Assembly (NCBI GenBank): GCA_004796385.1
Contig: QZLD01000028.1
Span: forward strand, 1 to 42,694
DNA length: 42,694 nt
Origin: Gammaproteobacteria bacterium
GTDB lineage: Bacteria; Pseudomonadota; Gammaproteobacteria; QZLD01
Reading direction: 5' to 3'
This document shows, piece by piece, positions 9,875 through 18,426 of the stretch. A program made the position numbers and the translations under genes. Positions within the stretch are counted from its first letter, which is position 1. The number at the start of each line of letters is the position of its first letter. Below the pieces are notes generated by a model that was not told the DNA's origin, ran no database searches, and was given only the letters and a program-made list of their open reading frames with translations.

Positions 9875-10330
9875 ATGAAACTAATTAAAATATTATTGTG
9901 TATTACTGTTGCATCCGTTTTAACTGTTGGCTGTTCAAAAGAGCCGGAAAAAAGCGTTGAAAAAACAGAAGAAGCTAAAACAGAGGCGAATGTTTCCGAA
10001 GATAAAGTTGAAGCTGCTAAAGCAACAACAAGTAGTGAAGGGTACGGAGCAGAACCAACAGAAGCAGAGATGCTGGAATCTGCCAGACGCATAATAAAAG
10101 CAGTTGAACAAAGTCAGGGAATTAAAATGGAGGTTCATTCGATTAAGAATTTTGGATGTAAAAAATACCTTGAAGTGCGTGGGGTTTTTGCCTGCGACAT
10201 AGAAATGGAAGTTTCTATGCCTAATATGGGAAAAGATAAAAAGCGAGATATTACCTATTTCAAAAAGATAGATGGCGTTTGGAAAGGCATGAATAAAGGT
10301 GAATTGAATCGCCTTAAAAAACAGCAGTAA
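9875..10330 (+). CDS. Lipoprotein, family unknown (paralog 1)
   Basis: An AGAGG RBS precedes the start, and the lipobox is LTVG-C in MKLIKILLCITVASVLTVGCSK. The track ORF start at 9770 overlaps rep and lacks a signal peptide, so I prefer the ATG at 9875. Confidence 0.65.
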   Translation: MKLIKILLCITVASVLTVGCSKEPEKSVEKTEEAKTEANVSEDKVEAAKATTSSEGYGAEPTEAEMLESARRIIKAVEQSQGIKMEVHSIKNFGCKKYLEVRGVFACDIEMEVSMPNMGKDKKRDITYFKKIDGVWKGMNKGELNRLKKQQ

Positions 10331-10358
10331 TCAATAATAAAGTCGGCAAGGGGGTAGT

Positions 10359-10835
10359 ATGAAATTATTAAATGTGAGTTTGTGTTTTGTAGTTACAGCT
10401 GCTCTTTTTGTCGGTTGTTCTAAAGGTTCAGGAAAAGAAAGCGTATTTAAGGGTAGTGTTTATAACAAGGAAGCAGGCCCTGGTGAGCATGATATGTTGA
10501 AAGCTGCAAAGTTCAGTATGAGAGCCTTTAAACAGAAAACATCGAATATTCCTCATTCCGATATCGCTAAAAAAATTAAAGCAAAGAAAGTTCATTCAGT
10601 AAAAAAATTTGGTTGCAAAGAACATTTATCGAATAACGATCTCTTTGAGTGTGATATAGAAGTTAAAATAGCAACGCAGGATTTAGTAAAAAGCAGAAGA
10701 CGAAAAAAGCCTAAGTTTAATTATGCTAAGCAGCGAGATATTACTTATTTTGTTAAAAATAATAATGGTTGGAAAATTATTAACGAGGCTGAAGTAGGTC
10801 TGCTTATTAAAAAAGAGATAAAAAAAACTGATTAA
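10359..10835 (+). CDS. Lipoprotein, family unknown (paralog 2)
   Basis: The lipobox is LFVG-C. It shares VHS(I/V)K.FGCK..L....F.CDIE...., K.RDITYF.K....W with the preceding gene, including two conserved Cys. Confidence 0.65.
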   Translation: MKLLNVSLCFVVTAALFVGCSKGSGKESVFKGSVYNKEAGPGEHDMLKAAKFSMRAFKQKTSNIPHSDIAKKIKAKKVHSVKKFGCKEHLSNNDLFECDIEVKIATQDLVKSRRRKKPKFNYAKQRDITYFVKNNNGWKIINEAEVGLLIKKEIKKTD

Positions 10836-10870
10836 TATGGTTCCGGCAGCAATTGAGCACCGGATTTTTT

Positions 10871-11755
10871 ATGAAAACCAGACAAATACTTCTAAAAACT
10901 ATTTTCTTATTACTTGTTGTACTGCAAGGGGTTAGCAATACCTGGGGAATAGAGAAACCGCTTGGTAGGTATTCCAGAATAATCTCTTTTGCCCCCAGTA
11001 TTACCGAAATACTTTTTGAACTGGGGGTTGGGGATAAAGTTGTTGGAGTAACCCGTTTTTGTGACTATCCGCAAGAGGCGCAAAAAAAACAGCGTATTGG
11101 AGATCATATAAATATAAATTACGAGGTTGTACTTGCTCTTAAGCCTGATTTGATAATCCACTTTCCGGAGAATAAAGAAGTTAGCAAATTTGCAAAAAAA
11201 TTCAATATAGATGCCGTTAGTGTCAAGCATGATTCAATTAAAGATATCAATAACTCAATAGAAATAATTGGAGAGAAAGCCGGAGTTTCCAAAAGAGCCG
11301 GAGAGATTAACCAGAGAATCAATAACGGAATCAGTCAGGCAGCAAAGATAGCAGATAACCAAAAAATTATAATTGTTTTCGGTAAAGATATTAGTGGTGA
11401 TAGGATCAACTCGGTTTATCTTGCAGGTAAAAATAATTTCTATAACGATATTATTAAAATTATCGGCGGAGAAAACGGTTATAAAGGTTCCGTTGCATAT
11501 CCTTCTGTTTCTGTTGAAGGGTTATTATATATTAATCCGGATATAATTATCGATATAGTAACAGGAGGTAAAAATGCTCCTGATTATAACCAGATAGAGA
11601 CACAATGGAAGCAGGTTTTTTCTTATCTTGGTAAGGAGCAGGCGAAGCAAAAAAAGATCATAGTTATAGATGATGATTATGCAGTTATTCCGGGGCCGCG
11701 TATATTAAAGTTGTTAGATAAGCTGTCGTGGGCGTTAAGTGCAAATGACAGATAA
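10871..11755 (+). CDS. ABC importer periplasmic substrate-binding protein, FecB/BtuF (iron-siderophore/cobalamin, cluster A) type
   Basis: The signal peptide is MKTRQILLKTIFLLLVVLQGVSNTWG. Other matches are RIISFAPSITEILFELGVGDKVVGVTRFCDYP, LKPDLII and a C-terminal ..IPGPRILK.., all typical of the Peripla_BP_2 family. The track start at 10853 is a TTG, so I prefer the ATG at 10871. Confidence 0.7.
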   Translation: MKTRQILLKTIFLLLVVLQGVSNTWGIEKPLGRYSRIISFAPSITEILFELGVGDKVVGVTRFCDYPQEAQKKQRIGDHININYEVVLALKPDLIIHFPENKEVSKFAKKFNIDAVSVKHDSIKDINNSIEIIGEKAGVSKRAGEINQRINNGISQAAKIADNQKIIIVFGKDISGDRINSVYLAGKNNFYNDIIKIIGGENGYKGSVAYPSVSVEGLLYINPDIIIDIVTGGKNAPDYNQIETQWKQVFSYLGKEQAKQKKIIVIDDDYAVIPGPRILKLLDKLSWALSANDR

Positions 11756-12536
11756 GATTATTGCAGCAACAGATATTTCCTATTCTTATAGCGGTAGTAT
11801 TGTTTTGGATAGGCTTTCATTCGATATTTACAAGGGGGATTTTTTAGCGGTAATCGGGCGTAATGGTGTTGGAAAAAGTACACTGCTGAAAATAATTAAT
11901 AGAGTTATTTCCGGTTATAAAGGGGCTATAGATATATATGATAGGCAGCATAATAGTTATTCTGCTAAAGAGTTGGCAAGAATAATAGCCTATGTGCCGC
12001 AGCAGTTTAATTCGGAGCAGCCTTTTACTGTGAAGGAATTTATTGAGATGAGTAGTTATCCTTACTCATCATTATGTGGTGGTTACAGATTTTATAGTAG
12101 TGAAATAGAGAATGCAGTTGCCATTACTGAAATCCAAGATCTTATGACGAGAAATATTGCAACCCTTAGTGGAGGGGAGAGGCAGACGGTTTTAATTGCT
12201 GCTGCAATTGCTCAAAATACCCCTGTGATAATGTTGGATGAACCTACATCATATCTTGATCCTACACATGTAGATCACATATGTAAAATTCTTCGTAACC
12301 TGAATAGCAAGTTTCAAAAGACCATCGTTTTAATTACACACGATATTAATCTGGCAACTCTCTATTCAGGTAGAATAATAGCCATGTTATCCGGGGCAAT
12401 TGTTTATGACGGTGATCCGCAGGAGATAATGAATAACATGTTGTTAAATCGGATATACGGTAAGGAATTTCTCTTTACAAATCATCCTGTTTCTAACGCT
12501 AAAATAATATTACCGGATCTGGTTCTCAATGATTAA
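11739..12536 (+). CDS. ABC importer ATP-binding protein (FecE/BtuD/HmuV-like)
   Basis: It carries Walker A GRNGVGKST, signature LSGGERQ, Walker B IMLDEPTSYLD and an H-loop ITHD. It overlaps the upstream gene by 17 nt. Confidence 0.85.
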   Translation: MQMTDKIIAATDISYSYSGSIVLDRLSFDIYKGDFLAVIGRNGVGKSTLLKIINRVISGYKGAIDIYDRQHNSYSAKELARIIAYVPQQFNSEQPFTVKEFIEMSSYPYSSLCGGYRFYSSEIENAVAITEIQDLMTRNIATLSGGERQTVLIAAAIAQNTPVIMLDEPTSYLDPTHVDHICKILRNLNSKFQKTIVLITHDINLATLYSGRIIAMLSGAIVYDGDPQEIMNNMLLNRIYGKEFLFTNHPVSNAKIILPDLVLND

Positions 12537-13521
12537 TAGAAAAAAAACTGCTGTTTTTGTATTAGCGTTAGTGTCGGTAATGGCTTTGATAGTAGCCCCT
12601 TTTTTTGGGGGGAGCGCAAATGCAATTGCGGATTCCAATGGGATTGCAAGCATTAATACCAAATTAATAATGCTGGAATTGAGATTGCCCAGAATTCTGC
12701 TTGCCTATATTGTCGGAGCAGCCTTAGCAGTTAGCGGTATGACATTTCAATCTCTTTTCAAAAACTCATTGGCGACACCATTTACCCTTGGTGTTGCCAG
12801 TGGAGCATCACTTGGTGTTGCGGTTACCACTGTTTTCGGAATTTCATTTTCTATGTTGTTTATTAGTTCGCAGGTGTTGTTTGCCTTTGTGGGGGCTTTG
12901 TTGGCGGTGGCTTTGGTATATATGCTCGGCAGGATTAACAGGGTAAATGGAGCCGCAACAACGTTGCTTTCCGGAGTTGCGGTAAGTTTTACATTTTCCA
13001 GTCTGATTTTGTGTATTCAGTATATAAGCGATAAAACAGACAGCTACAGGATAATTCGTTGGCTTATGGGTGGGTTGGCGACAGTTGGTTATTCAGAAGT
13101 TTTAACCTTATTGCCATTTGTTTTAACAGGGTTAGTTGTTGTTTTTATTTTCAGAAAAGAGTTGGATCTCTTCTCATTGGGCGATGAGTTTGCAATAAGT
13201 CGTGGTGTAGATGTAAGGCTGGTTCAGAGATTACTGTTTCTGGCAACCTCACTAATGATAGCAGGAGTGGTTTCTATTTGCGGGCCAATCGGTTTTGTCG
13301 GGATGATGGCGCCACATATTGTCAGAATGCTTATTGGAGCAGGACACACTTTACTATTCTGGGGGGTTTTAATGTTCGGTGGGGTATTTATGGTTTTCTG
13401 TGATTTCTGCTCCAGAGTGGTAATATTTCCGGTATTTATTCCTGTAGGAATAGTAACGGCCCTTCTGGGAGGGCCGTTTTTTGTATGGTTGACTGTAAGC
13501 AAAAGATCAAATTATTCTTGA
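12529..13521 (+). CDS. ABC importer permease, FecCD/BtuC family
   Basis: It is a polytopic membrane protein of about 9-10 TM segments. The motifs LRLPRILLAYIVGAALAVSG..FQ and GPIGFVGMMAPHIVR are typical of FecCD. It overlaps the ATPase gene by 8 nt. Confidence 0.85.
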   Translation: MINRKKTAVFVLALVSVMALIVAPFFGGSANAIADSNGIASINTKLIMLELRLPRILLAYIVGAALAVSGMTFQSLFKNSLATPFTLGVASGASLGVAVTTVFGISFSMLFISSQVLFAFVGALLAVALVYMLGRINRVNGAATTLLSGVAVSFTFSSLILCIQYISDKTDSYRIIRWLMGGLATVGYSEVLTLLPFVLTGLVVVFIFRKELDLFSLGDEFAISRGVDVRLVQRLLFLATSLMIAGVVSICGPIGFVGMMAPHIVRMLIGAGHTLLFWGVLMFGGVFMVFCDFCSRVVIFPVFIPVGIVTALLGGPFFVWLTVSKRSNYS

Positions 13522-14048
13522 TGATTCTTTGGTGTAATGTTTTTGCTGCGTTGAGCCATTGATCCGGATATTTTGCGTGACTTTTTAACTCTGGTATTTG
13601 GTTTTCTCGGGTGTCCTTTCATTTTTTCTTTAACAACCCCCCTGATTTCAGATTGTGTTTCAATGCAAAGGTCATAGCCAAGTTGAGCATTATCAAGCAT
13701 GCTGGAACTAAGTCCTTCTGCGAATTCACGTTGAGCCTTCATTGCTGCTTTAATGTCTTCCGCATCGCTAGATTCTTTTAGAAATTCGGTGCTGCTGTCT
13801 ATTGATAATTTAAGAAGGTCAAGCTGCTGTTGAGCCATTCTTTCGCCTTTTTTCATTACAATTTCAGTAATCTCTTTTATTCCTTTCATTTGGTCTGAGT
13901 TGCCGCCAAGTTGCATCATCTCCAGTTGTTGTTGAACCAACCTTTCAGTGTTTTTTGTTGTGATGTCCTGAAAACGTGAACATGAATCTACAGCGGCTTT
14001 GCTGATCGCTGAAAAATTCTCCAGAAATTTAAGTAAGTCTTTGTGCAT
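13512..14048 (-). CDS. Phasin-like helical protein with a basic C-terminal tail
   Basis: AGGAGA lies 5 nt upstream of the ATG at 14048. The sequence is all-helical and Gln/Glu/Leu-rich (..ERLVQQQLEMMQL.., ..RMAQQQLDLLKL..), resembling phasin-family proteins. The tail is HPRKPNTRVKKSRK. The family assignment is tentative. Confidence 0.35.
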   Translation of the reverse strand: MHKDLLKFLENFSAISKAAVDSCSRFQDITTKNTERLVQQQLEMMQLGGNSDQMKGIKEITEIVMKKGERMAQQQLDLLKLSIDSSTEFLKESSDAEDIKAAMKAQREFAEGLSSSMLDNAQLGYDLCIETQSEIRGVVKEKMKGHPRKPNTRVKKSRKISGSMAQRSKNITPKNHQE

Positions 14049-14250
14049 CACAATCTCCTGAATAGTTCTAAAAGAAGTTTCCGTTCTGTGAGTGATAAAA
14101 GATTTCAGTCAGAGCCTTTTAATACTAATTCTGAAATAGACTACCATGAAAATAAACCAAACAGTATCTGAGAATGCTATCATAAACAGTGCTTATTACG
14201 ATAGTTTTTTGTGTTCTTCTTTTAAAATTATCGTATTGTCTCTAAATGTA

Positions 14251-14284
14251 AAATAAAACGGCCTCCTTAATTGGAAGCCGTTTT
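14251..14284 (-). terminator. Rho-independent terminator downstream of the pilin gene
   Basis: On the minus strand, aaaacggcttcc-aattaa-ggaggccgtttt (one internal mismatch) is followed by attttacattt. Confidence 0.6.
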
Positions 14285-14306
14285 AAGTTGGATTTAAACT
14301 CAGTAT

Positions 14307-14939
14307 TTACATTTTCATGCACAGAGGGTTGTAATTAGAATCTATGTTGTAAGCGCCGGATGCGTTTTGCGAGATTATCGATCCGGTTCCTGCGTTGTCG
14401 TCATCACCTCTTGATTCCAGTACAGTGGCAACATCGCCGTCAATATTACCAAAGCATACCCAAATTCTGTTTCTGCCCATGGTTGTATAGTAAGGCGTAT
14501 GATAGCCGACTATGCCAAGTCTGCCTCCATAGGCGTGTGTTGGTTGCTGATAGCTCTCGTTATCATTGGTTACAGGGCCGGCAATGAGTCCGGCACCGCG
14601 TAGATGTTTCCATACTTTTCTTGATTCGTGAGAATTGGTTGAAGAGTTCCACTGGTAGTAAATCAGGCCGTTACCATCACCATTATCATTACCTGCATCC
14701 CATGTTCCTGAGAATCTGCTGGCAGCATTTGTGTCATCGCCCGGGATTTTGTTAAACCTGTCTTGGTAGGTATAAAATGCAGCAGAAACTCCGCGAAAAT
14801 CGCTTTCCAGCTTTTTAATTCTGGCGTTGGAAATCATTTCCTGTCCTTTGAGTACCCCGCCCAGAAGCAGGCCAATTATTACCAGTACTATGGCTATTTC
14901 TACAAGTGTGAAACCTGAATTTTTCTTTTTCATGTTCAT
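14307..14939 (-). CDS. Prepilin-type N-terminal cleavage/methylation domain protein (type IV pilin / pseudopilin-like), orphan
   Basis: The leader MNMKKKNSG is followed by FTLVEIAIVLVIIGLLLGG, giving G-1/F+1/E+5. A GGAGA RBS lies 7 nt upstream of the ATG. There are no pilus assembly genes in the window. Confidence 0.8.
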   Translation of the reverse strand: MNMKKKNSGFTLVEIAIVLVIIGLLLGGVLKGQEMISNARIKKLESDFRGVSAAFYTYQDRFNKIPGDDTNAASRFSGTWDAGNDNGDGNGLIYYQWNSSTNSHESRKVWKHLRGAGLIAGPVTNDNESYQQPTHAYGGRLGIVGYHTPYYTTMGRNRIWVCFGNIDGDVATVLESRGDDDNAGTGSIISQNASGAYNIDSNYNPLCMKM

Positions 14940-14993
14940 GGCAATTTCTCCGTTTGATTATTTGCACGCTAATGAATCTTCTGATTAAGGTTT

Positions 14994-15009
14994 TGCATTA
15001 AGTGTGCCA
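14994..15009 (-). promoter_or_regulatory. Candidate sigma-54 (RpoN) -24/-12 promoter for the pilin gene
   Basis: The minus strand reads TGGCACACTTAATGCA, against the consensus TGGCACG-N4-TTGCW. GG and GC have the canonical spacing, and the -12 element lies ~55 nt upstream of the pilin ATG. Confidence 0.55.
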
Positions 15010-15049
15010 ATAGTTTTTTATCCGTTTCTAACTATAACTGTAGAAAAAA

Positions 15050-15065
15050 CGTGAAGATCTTCACG
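15050..15065. promoter_or_regulatory. Perfect 16-bp palindrome, possibly an enhancer-binding-protein site or a hairpin
   Basis: The sequence cgtgaagatcttcacg is its own reverse complement. It lies ~40 bp upstream of the sigma-54-like element and ~100 bp downstream of the preceding minus-strand gene. Confidence 0.3.
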
Positions 15066-15167
15066 AACAATATCTTTAAATTGTCGACTGGTTATCTAAT
15101 TTTGCGGAAGTAGTCGAGGTTATGAAAAAATGGTTTTTTTAGCTGTTTGTATAACGACAACAGCTGT

Positions 15168-15881
15168 CTATTTTTCGACGTTTTCTTGCTGAAGGTCGCT
15201 AAGTTTTTCCAGAAGAAATATTCTCTCTTTTTCATCTCTTACTATATTGTCGTCAATAAGGAGTTTTAATACTCCGGCAGCTACTTCGTATTCTCCGAGA
15301 TCTTCTCTGATAAATACTTCGTGCTGTTTTGCCCATGCCGGAACAGTTTTGGATGTGGTTTTTTTTCTTACTGCTTCTGCATACTTTAGTGCCAGCTGCA
15401 TATCGTTCAGGCGATGTTGAGCGATAATCGCCGATTGAATCATCCATTTCCAGTATCGGTTCGGATGTTTAAGAAAATTTTTATATACATATTCCAGCAT
15501 GGATCTTTTTTTGGAATCATCTCTGGTCATTGAGTAAATCTGGCTTGCCATTAATATGGCATAGCTGCTTTTATAAGAAAGCCTCTGATAGCTATTCAGC
15601 CATTTCTGGACGACATCATAATCAAGTGCAGAATACGCATCACGTTTGCTGGTATTGTTGTCGGCGGATTGTAACCATAGCATTATTGCTGTTGCTGCAA
15701 AGTTTTTATCTCCAAGCGCCGATAGGGTAAGAATCTTATCCGATGGTGGGGGAGGGATGTCTGCATGGTTGTTTTTCCTGTTTAGAGAAAATAAACTAAA
15801 GGAAATTTGCAGCGCAATAGCTATAGTCAGAGCCGCCAATACTTTTTTGCTTACAGCCTTAATTGATCTCTGCTGAGCCAT
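15168..15881 (-). CDS. Hypothetical membrane-anchored helical-repeat protein
   Basis: It has an N-terminal TM anchor (VLAALTIAIALQISFSLFSL), then a PPPP linker and a helical, TPR-like-looking region. It starts 2 nt after the stop of the upstream ABC-2-like permease gene. Confidence 0.5.
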   Translation of the reverse strand: MAQQRSIKAVSKKVLAALTIAIALQISFSLFSLNRKNNHADIPPPPSDKILTLSALGDKNFAATAIMLWLQSADNNTSKRDAYSALDYDVVQKWLNSYQRLSYKSSYAILMASQIYSMTRDDSKKRSMLEYVYKNFLKHPNRYWKWMIQSAIIAQHRLNDMQLALKYAEAVRKKTTSKTVPAWAKQHEVFIREDLGEYEVAAGVLKLLIDDNIVRDEKERIFLLEKLSDLQQENVEK

Positions 15882-15883
15882 GA

Positions 15884-16654
15884 TCAGATATTCTTCCGGT
15901 TAAAATCAAACAGGGCTACCGTTAATAAAAGCGCAGAGTAGATAACTGTTTGTATGGCAAATGAGCCGATGTCCTGTTTTTCCACATTACCGCCTAATAG
16001 CCACTCTGTTTGACAGAAGCTATCCAGATTAGGTAATAGCAGGTAGATAAACTTCATAAAATAACCAGTAAACATATTAAAGAGAGAATCGCTTTTTTCT
16101 GCAGAGTGAGCGGCAATTTCAACTATTGTGCTAATTGAGCGTGATAGCATATAAAAACAGATTGCAGCGAATATTGAGAGAGTTGAGTTATTAATGATTA
16201 CTGCAAACAGAAGCGCGGTTGAGGCAATAATTACTGTTTCACAGAAAAGGGCCAACCCCCATAACATTGAGGTAGCTACAGGGTTAAAAATAAACATGGT
16301 AATGGAGGCGCAACATGAAAACAGTAGCGCCAGCATAATGTAACCGCCCAATTTTCCGATGAAAAAACTGGTTCTGGTAATTGATGTTGAGAGTATCATC
16401 TCGTGGTTTTTATCATTAAATTCGCGATTAATTGAGGTGATAATCATTAGTGATAACAGTATTGCAGCTCCGGTCCTTAGAAAAAAAGCCAGAACCGATA
16501 TCTGAAAAATATCTGCTTCAATAATTGCCATGCTGCCGGCAAAGATTGCCGCTCCTGCGGAGATTAAAATGAAGATGGCAATAGTAGCAATGAGTTTGTT
16601 GCGTAGTGATTCAATAAATGTGTAGGAGGCTATTACGGTTGTATATTGTTTCAT
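15884..16654 (-). CDS. ABC-2-type permease-like polytopic membrane protein, with no adjacent ATPase
   Basis: It has ~6 hydrophobic segments, and its N-terminus ..IASYTFIESLRNKL.. is typical of ABC-2/NosY-like permeases. The assignment is tentative. Confidence 0.45.
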   Translation of the reverse strand: MKQYTTVIASYTFIESLRNKLIATIAIFILISAGAAIFAGSMAIIEADIFQISVLAFFLRTGAAILLSLMIITSINREFNDKNHEMILSTSITRTSFFIGKLGGYIMLALLFSCCASITMFIFNPVATSMLWGLALFCETVIIASTALLFAVIINNSTLSIFAAICFYMLSRSISTIVEIAAHSAEKSDSLFNMFTGYFMKFIYLLLPNLDSFCQTEWLLGGNVEKQDIGSFAIQTVIYSALLLTVALFDFNRKNI

Positions 16655-16749
16655 ATTGGCTGCTATTATTTAGTTATAGTTAGTTTGATTTATGGTTAGA
16701 TTAATATAGTTACAATAATTTATTGATAGATAATGGATGCCGCATAAAT

Positions 16750-18426
16750 ATGGTAATGCCGACGACAGTTATTAAGGACAGACACAGATTTCGTTTGCTA
16801 TCTCTGCTATTAAGTATATTCCATCTTTCCGTCTGGTATAGTCCATCGGGAAAAATAATTCTGCCTTTAATGTTAATGCATTTAGGATTGTTTCTTTTTT
16901 GGCAACCGTTCTGGAATAGAAAGCAGGAGATAAACCCCGTTATTGCAGTTTTGTTTTTCGGAGTTATTTCTTTTGCTCTTACTATTGCACCTTTGTGGTT
17001 TCTTATATTGTGGGCGGCGTTGCTTATCGGTTTTTTGGAATCTGGTAGTGAAACCGGAAAAGGGAAACTGATTTATCTGTTTTCAATAATTTTTTTAATT
17101 AGCGAGATAATCTTTTTTGTGGCTCCTCGGCTGTTTAACATAGATATCTTTCCAAAGGAGTGGCAGTTTGCGTTATTTACTATTCCGTTTTTGATTACTG
17201 CGCCAATGTTGTTGGTGTCATCCGATGAAAAACTTATAAAAACAAATCATTTTGATATTTTTAGAGGGTTGTTTTTTTCATTTGGTGTGGTTGTACTGGT
17301 TTTTGGTGCTGTTCTAAGGCATAAGCTTTTTTCTACAGAATATATTGACTCTTTATTGCAGGGTTTTCTGATTATAGGGATTACCCTGCTTTTAGTTGGC
17401 TGGATCTGGAATCCCGGGCTTGGTTATAAAGGGTTGTTCTTCATCTGGAATAGTTATCTTAAAAAGGTAGAGATACCTATAGAAAAGTTTCTACTCGATC
17501 TAACAGAATCTGCAAAAATCATAGCGGAACCAGATGATTTTCTATCTTCTGCGCTTAATATACTGTTGCAGCAGGAGTGGCTTGATGGGGTACAGTGGCG
17601 TTCGGCATCATGTAATGGTGAGTTGGGAGAGTGTTGTGGTTCGGAGCTAAAGCTTAATCATGGGGATTTGCGTCTGAAGTTATATTCATCAAGACCAATA
17701 GGAGCATCTCTTCTTATACACGCTAAATTGTTGGTGCATATACTTGCATATTTTTACATAAGCAAAGAGCGCGAGAAAAAACTGTCGCAAAAGGCTCATA
17801 TGGAAGCGATTTATCAAACAGGCTCCCGTTTAACTCACGATATTAAAAATATGCTGCAATCTCTGAATAGTCTTACAGGTATAATCGAGCAATCGAAAAA
17901 GGATGATGCAGAAGATGTACTTGCTCTTGTAAGAAGGCAATTACCGGCAATAAATGAAAGGCTCTCTTCAACTATAGATAAAATGAGCGCTCCTCACCTG
18001 GAAAAGACAACACAGATTGCAGTTCATGATTGGTGGCAAAGTTTGCAGGATAGAAATATCGGCAGAAGGATAACCTTTACTGATAACTGTATCGTTGATG
18101 CAATGGTGATAAGGGAACTGTTTGATACTGTTGCTGATAATTTATTAGACAATGCTCGTGTTAAAAGGCTTCAGCAGAAAGACATAGATATAGAAATTGA
18201 GATAAGAAGCAGTAGGGAAAATATCTCTCTTTTTGTAATAGATACGGGGTGGGAAGTGCCTGAGAAAATATCTAATCTGCTTTTTAACGAGACCATTGAA
18301 TCTGCAAGTGGGATGGGAATTGGCCTTTATCAATCTGCAAAACAGGCAGAGAATAACGGGTATAAACTGAGGCTGGATGATAACCGTAATGGTTTTGTCT
18401 GTTTTGTCCTGGAACCGGATTTGTAA
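16750..18426 (+). CDS. Multi-TM sensor histidine kinase (H-box resembles PEP-CTERM-system PrsK-type kinases), orphan
   Basis: The N-terminal half has ~8 TM segments. The kinase motifs are H-box SRLTHDIKNMLQSL, N-box DNLLDNA, G1-like VIDTGWEV and G2 SGMGIGLYQS. The track start at 16723 is a TTG, and the first ATG is at 16750. Confidence 0.7.
   Translation: MVMPTTVIKDRHRFRLLSLLLSIFHLSVWYSPSGKIILPLMLMHLGLFLFWQPFWNRKQEINPVIAVLFFGVISFALTIAPLWFLILWAALLIGFLESGSETGKGKLIYLFSIIFLISEIIFFVAPRLFNIDIFPKEWQFALFTIPFLITAPMLLVSSDEKLIKTNHFDIFRGLFFSFGVVVLVFGAVLRHKLFSTEYIDSLLQGFLIIGITLLLVGWIWNPGLGYKGLFFIWNSYLKKVEIPIEKFLLDLTESAKIIAEPDDFLSSALNILLQQEWLDGVQWRSASCNGELGECCGSELKLNHGDLRLKLYSSRPIGASLLIHAKLLVHILAYFYISKEREKKLSQKAHMEAIYQTGSRLTHDIKNMLQSLNSLTGIIEQSKKDDAEDVLALVRRQLPAINERLSSTIDKMSAPHLEKTTQIAVHDWWQSLQDRNIGRRITFTDNCIVDAMVIRELFDTVADNLLDNARVKRLQQKDIDIEIEIRSSRENISLFVIDTGWEVPEKISNLLFNETIESASGMGIGLYQSAKQAENNGYKLRLDDNRNGFVCFVLEPDL

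Noticed and set aside
10836-10870. A cobalamin or other riboswitch ahead of the BtuF/FecB-type importer
   Set aside because: Only ~35 nt separate the preceding gene from the binding-protein start, with no B12-box-like sequence. The short tccgg...ccgga+T6 hairpin is too weak to call.
15141-15163. The hairpin gctgtt-gtataacgac-aacagc just downstream of the 15168..15881 gene, as its terminator
   Set aside because: On the coding (minus) strand the hairpin is followed by an A-run rather than a T-run, so it does not have intrinsic-terminator geometry for that gene.
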